Program-made: the position numbers and the translations under genes
The notes under the pieces: generated by a model
Told to the model about the DNA's origin: nothing
Seen by the model: the letters and a program-made list of their open reading frames with translations, nothing else
Databases searched by the model: none
Shown here: in pieces, positions 60,301-64,000 of the stretch
How the letters are laid out: every line of letters begins with the position of its first letter
Numbering within the stretch: position 1 is the first letter of the stretch
Assembly: GCA_963717505.1 (NCBI GenBank)
Contig: OY970342.1
Location: 2,080,001-2,144,000, forward strand
From: Candidatus Eiseniibacteriota bacterium
GTDB taxonomy: Bacteria; Eisenbacteria; RBG-16-71-46
Length of the DNA stretch: 64,000 nt
Reading direction: 5' to 3'

Positions 60301-62777
60301 TGATCTTGGTGAACGGGTTCATGGTGCCCGGTGGTGTCGCCGCTCCAGGCCGAGAACGAGTAGCCGAGGCCGGCGCTGGCGTTGAGCTGGACCGAGGTGC
60401 CGTGGTTGTAGGTCGGCTGATCCGGGGTCTTGATCACCGCGCCGTTGCCGACCACCGAGGTCGACAGGGTGTAGGTGTTGATCGCGAAGGTGGCGGTGTA
60501 GCTCTTGTTCCCGTTCATGATCTTGGTGAACGGGTTCATGGTGCCGGTGGTGTCGCCGCTCCAGTTGCCGAACGAGTAGCCGGTGTTGGGAACCGCGGTA
60601 ACGATGACCGAGGTGCCGTGGTTGTAAGTCGGCTGGCTCGGGTTCTTGGTCACCGAGCCGCTGGCCACCGGGCTCACGCTGGTGAACATGACGTAGGTGT
60701 TGAGGGTGAAGGTCGCGGTGTAGCTCTTGTTCTCGTGCAGGATCACCGTGAACGGGTTGTCGGTGCCGGACGTGTCGCCGCTCCAGGACGAGAACGTGTA
60801 GGCGGCGCCGGGCACCGCCTCGATGTCGACCGAGGAGCCGTGGTTGTAGCTCGGCTGGTCGGGAGTCTTGGTCACCGAGCCGCTGCTCACCGGGGTCACG
60901 CTGGTGCTGATCGTGTAGGTGTTGATCGCGAAGGTGGCGGTATAGCTCTTGTTCCCGTTCATGATCTTGGTGAACGGGTTCATGGTGCCGGTGGTGTCGC
61001 CGCTCCAGCCGGTGAACGAGTAGCCGCTGCCCGGAACCGCCGTGACCAGAACCGAGGTGCCGTGGTTGTAGTTCGCCTGGCTGGGGTTGCGGTTGACCGA
61101 GCCTGACCCGACCACCGAGGTCGAGAGCGTGTAGGTGTTGATCGCGAAGGTGGCGGTATAGCTCTTGTTCCCGTTCATGATCTTGGTGAACGGGTTCATG
61201 GTGCCGGTGGTGTCGCCGCTCCAGCTCGAGAACGAGTAGCCGAGGCCGGCACTGGCGGTGAGCTGGACCGAGGTGCCGTGGTTGTAGCTCGGCTGATCCG
61301 GGGTCTTGATCACCGCGCCATTGCCGACCACCGAGGTCGACAGCGTGTAGGTGTTGATCGTGAAGGTGGCGGTGTAGCTCTTGTTCCCGTTCATGATCTT
61401 GGTGAACGGGTTCATGGTGCCGGTGGTGTCGCCGCTCCACGCCGAGAACGAGTAGCCGAGGCCGGCGCTGGCGGTGAGCTGGACCGAGGTGCCGTGGTTG
61501 TAGGTCGGCTGATCCGGGTTCTTGAGCACCGCGCCATTACCGACCACCGAGGTCGACAGCGTGTAGGCGTTGATCGCGAACGTGGCGGTGTAGCTCTTGT
61601 TCCCGTTCATGATCTTGTCGAACGGGTTCATGGTGCCGGTGGTGTCGCCACTCCAGCCGGTGAACGAGTATCCGGTGCCCGGCACTGCCGTTACCTGGAC
61701 CGAGGTGCCGTGGTTGTAGGTCGCCTGGCTGGGGTTCCGGTTCACCGAGCCGGACCCGACCACCGAGGTCGAGAGCGTGTAGGTGTTGATCGTGAAGGTG
61801 GCGGTGTAGCTCTTGTTCCCGTTCATGATCTTGGTGAACGGGTTCATCGTGCCGGTGGTGTCGCCACTCCAGGCCGAGAACGAGTAGCCGAGTCCGGCGC
61901 TGGCCGTTAGTTGGACCGAGGTGCCGTGGTTGTAGTTCGGCTGATCCGGGCTCTTGAACACCGCACCATTGCCGACCACGATGGTCGTCAGCGTGTACGT
62001 GGGTGTGAAGTTGGCAGTGTAGGTCTTGTTCTCGTGCAGAATCACCGTGAATGGGTTTGTGGACCCGGTGGTGTCGCCGCTCCAGCCTGTGAATGCGTAC
62101 CCGGTGTTGGGAACCGCCTGGACGTCGACCGAGGAGCCGTGGTTGTAGCTCGGCTGCTCGGGGTCTTGGTGACCGAGCCGCTGTCCCCCGGGCTCACGCT
62201 GGTGCTGATCGAGTAGGTATCGAGCGCGAAATTCGCGGTCACGCTGAGGTTGGCGGTGACGTTGGTCTCGGTGCGCGACTGCGGTACCCACCGCGTCGCT
62301 CCAGTCAACGAAGTGGTAGTTGGCGTTCGGCACCGCCGTCACCTGCGTGCCGTTGGAGCCGTGATCCACAAACTGGGGCGAGGTGCCCGAGATGGTGCCG
62401 CCAGCGCCGGCGGTGTAGCTCAGCGTGTAGGTGTTGATCGTGAACGTCGCGGTGTAGCTCTTGTTCGCGTACAGGGTCACGGTGAACGGGTTGTCGGTGC
62501 CCGTCGTGTCACCGCTCCAGCTGGTGAACGAGTAGCCGGTCCCCGGCACCGCCGTGACAATGACCGGTGTTCCGTCGGCGTAGTCGATCTGGTCCGGGTC
62601 CTTCGTGACACTGCCGAACCCGACCACGCTGACGTCGATCGTGTACGGCGGCTGAGCGTGAAGGTCGCCCGCGGTCGCGATGCCAAACGCGACGCACGCG
62701 AGTGCCACGAGAAAAGGCGCTCGCCAAAGATGTCGGTCGGGTTGGCTCGGGAGCACCCTTGTGAACCCTCGCGGCAA
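48371..62777 (-). CDS. Giant secreted protein (about 4,800 aa): about 59 InlB B-repeat-like (Flg_new_2) domains, PQQ-dependent sugar dehydrogenase (GSDH) domain, FlgD-Ig C-terminal domain; split by multiple indels
   Basis: Signal peptide at 62777; repeats YTL...GSGSV...P....Y.HGTSV..TA.P..GYSF..WSGD...NP......NKSYTATF; GSDH motifs FLPDGR, GEQGL.GIA.DP, HNGG.LRFGPDG.LY...GD, GLRNPFR, G.NFGWP; C-terminal WDGR...G.YL. Confidence 0.88.
49880..62650 (-). repeat. Tandem array of about 59 x 216-bp (72-aa) coding repeats
   Basis: TTCATGATCTTGGTGAACGGGTTCATGGTGCCGGTGGTGTC recurs at a 216-bp period; count estimated as span/216. Confidence 0.93.
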
Positions 62778-63341
62778 AAGGGCACAAACTCAGTTCATGC
62801 CCGGTCGTAGCTGAACTGGCGGTAGTGGATTTCTGTAACCGAAGGGAGTGAACCCAGGACGCCGGGGAGCTGCGCGTGAAGGGGGCTTCTTTCGGCGATG
62901 TCTTGGCGTGTGTCCGGGAGTTGTCTGCCGAGATGCTGGGGGCATCAATCCCGAGATCGACTCACCGGTCCGAAGCCGAAGATCCGTCGCGAAACGAGTC
63001 ACGGCCTGAGCGCAGTGGGTCTACTAATCTCTCTCTTGGCGGCGGGAAAGCACAAGGACAAAACATCTAAGGAGGCGTTCGGGGCTCGCGCTCGAGTGTT
63101 TACTGCTTGCGAAAGGCAATTTCGTTCACTAAACGCGGCGGTAGATTCGTCGGCCCGAGCCATCCGCACATCGCCTAATCGACTGCAGGCCAATGGGTAA
63201 CGCGTGGCTCGTTCGAACCAAGCCCAGTCTCGAATCTGTCGAACCCGGCGCCCGACCGAAACTCCTCGCAACAATCCGTCAGACCCGGCTACACTTTACC
63301 GGCCCCAAACAGATTCCACCCTCTTCGCTGCGGAGACAGGC

Positions 63342-64000
63342 ATGCCTCGGTGGTTCGTTCGACTCGCGGTCGTGGCGGCCCTGGTCTCGGGAAGTACACT
63401 GGCAATGGCGTTTTCGGATGGTCCCGTGGCGAGCCGGACCGGGGCACCCGCGGTGGGCGGGGTCGCGGCAGAAATGAACTGCACCGCGTGCCACTCGTCG
63501 TTCCCGGTCAACACCCCCGGCGCCACGCTCGAGATTCTCGACATCCCGCAGTTCTACCTGCCGGATTCGACCTACCCGGTGCGCGTGCGCCTGACGTCGA
63601 CGTTCACCGGCCAGCGGCGTTGGGGGTTCCAGCTCACCGCGGTGCGCGCCGCCAACGGTCTGGGTGTGGGGACGTTCGACATCACCGGTGTTGCCGGGAT
63701 CCAGATCGTCAATGGAGCGGGTGTGTACTCCACCCGCCGCTATGTCGAGCACTTTAGCGCAGGCACCTTCCCGGGCAGCCAAGGACCGATCGAATGGTCG
63801 TTCAAGTGGCGTGCTCCCAATGCCGACCTGGGCCGGATCTTCTTCTTCGCGGCCGGAAATGCGGCCAACAACAGCAACAGCCCTGTCGGCGACCACATCT
63901 ACACTCAGCGCGACACCATCGACATCCACCCGCTGCTCGACGCCCCGGTTGGCCCGATCGCGACGCTCGATGTGCTCGAGCCGGCGCGACCGAATCCATT
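63342..64000 (+). CDS. Secreted Reeler/choice-of-anchor V domain protein with CxxCH, 3' truncated (absent from ORF track)
   Basis: Manual translation after GGAG: MPRWFVRLAVVAALVSGSTLAMAFSDGPVASRTGAP...NCTACH...WGFQLTA...WSFKWRAP...FFAAGNAAN...GDHIY...ARPNP; frame open to window end. Confidence 0.82.
   Translation, partial: MPRWFVRLAVVAALVSGSTLAMAFSDGPVASRTGAPAVGGVAAEMNCTACHSSFPVNTPGATLEILDIPQFYLPDSTYPVRVRLTSTFTGQRRWGFQLTAVRAANGLGVGTFDITGVAGIQIVNGAGVYSTRRYVEHFSAGTFPGSQGPIEWSFKWRAPNADLGRIFFFAAGNAANNSNSPVGDHIYTQRDTIDIHPLLDAPVGPIATLDVLEPARPNP

Noticed and set aside
48311-62216. Long plus-strand ORFs (e.g. 48311-51154, 52727-54976) with repeated VALVPVHDLGERVHG
   Set aside because: Antisense shadows of the repeat gene in GC-rich DNA with few stop codons.
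49880-62650. CRISPR array or non-coding satellite
   Set aside because: The 216-bp units are contiguous, in frame, vary at synonymous sites and have no unique spacers; no cas genes.

Overview
High-GC bacterial DNA whose gene repertoire (several large secreted proteins ending in a FlgD-Ig/T9SS-like C-terminal domain, FCB-type TonB receptor) suggests an FCB-group or Ca. Eisenbacteria-like genome (inference). Scattered single-base indels point to an imperfect long-read assembly. 1-11.8 kb: housekeeping and envelope genes (S41 protease end, SAM hydroxide adenosyltransferase, SPFH-RHH pair, GT9, PLP lyase, TPR, iscS-mnmA, methyltransferase, ABC exporter). 11.8-14.7 kb: a promoter-headed, tightly coupled operon of chorismate mutase-DAHP synthase, cmoA (carboxy-SAM synthase) and an ICMT/LmtA-family membrane methyltransferase, with no cmoB; this is the best candidate for an undescribed carboxymethylation system. 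Then an M1 aminopeptidase and tRNA-Ser/Ser/Arg. 19-28 kb: a thioesterase-less two-module NRPS with a Lys2-like A domain, two exosortase-type alpha/beta hydrolases, a GT4 and an Sfp PPTase. Then tadA, two minor pilins, a ~3,570-aa subtilase, an aminotransferase, a cohesin/dockerin-like secreted protein, a TonB receptor, a ~14.4-kb gene with about 59 tandem 216-bp repeats carrying a PQQ sugar dehydrogenase domain, and the start of a Reeler/choice-of-anchor V protein. No CRISPR, rRNA, integrase or transposase seen.
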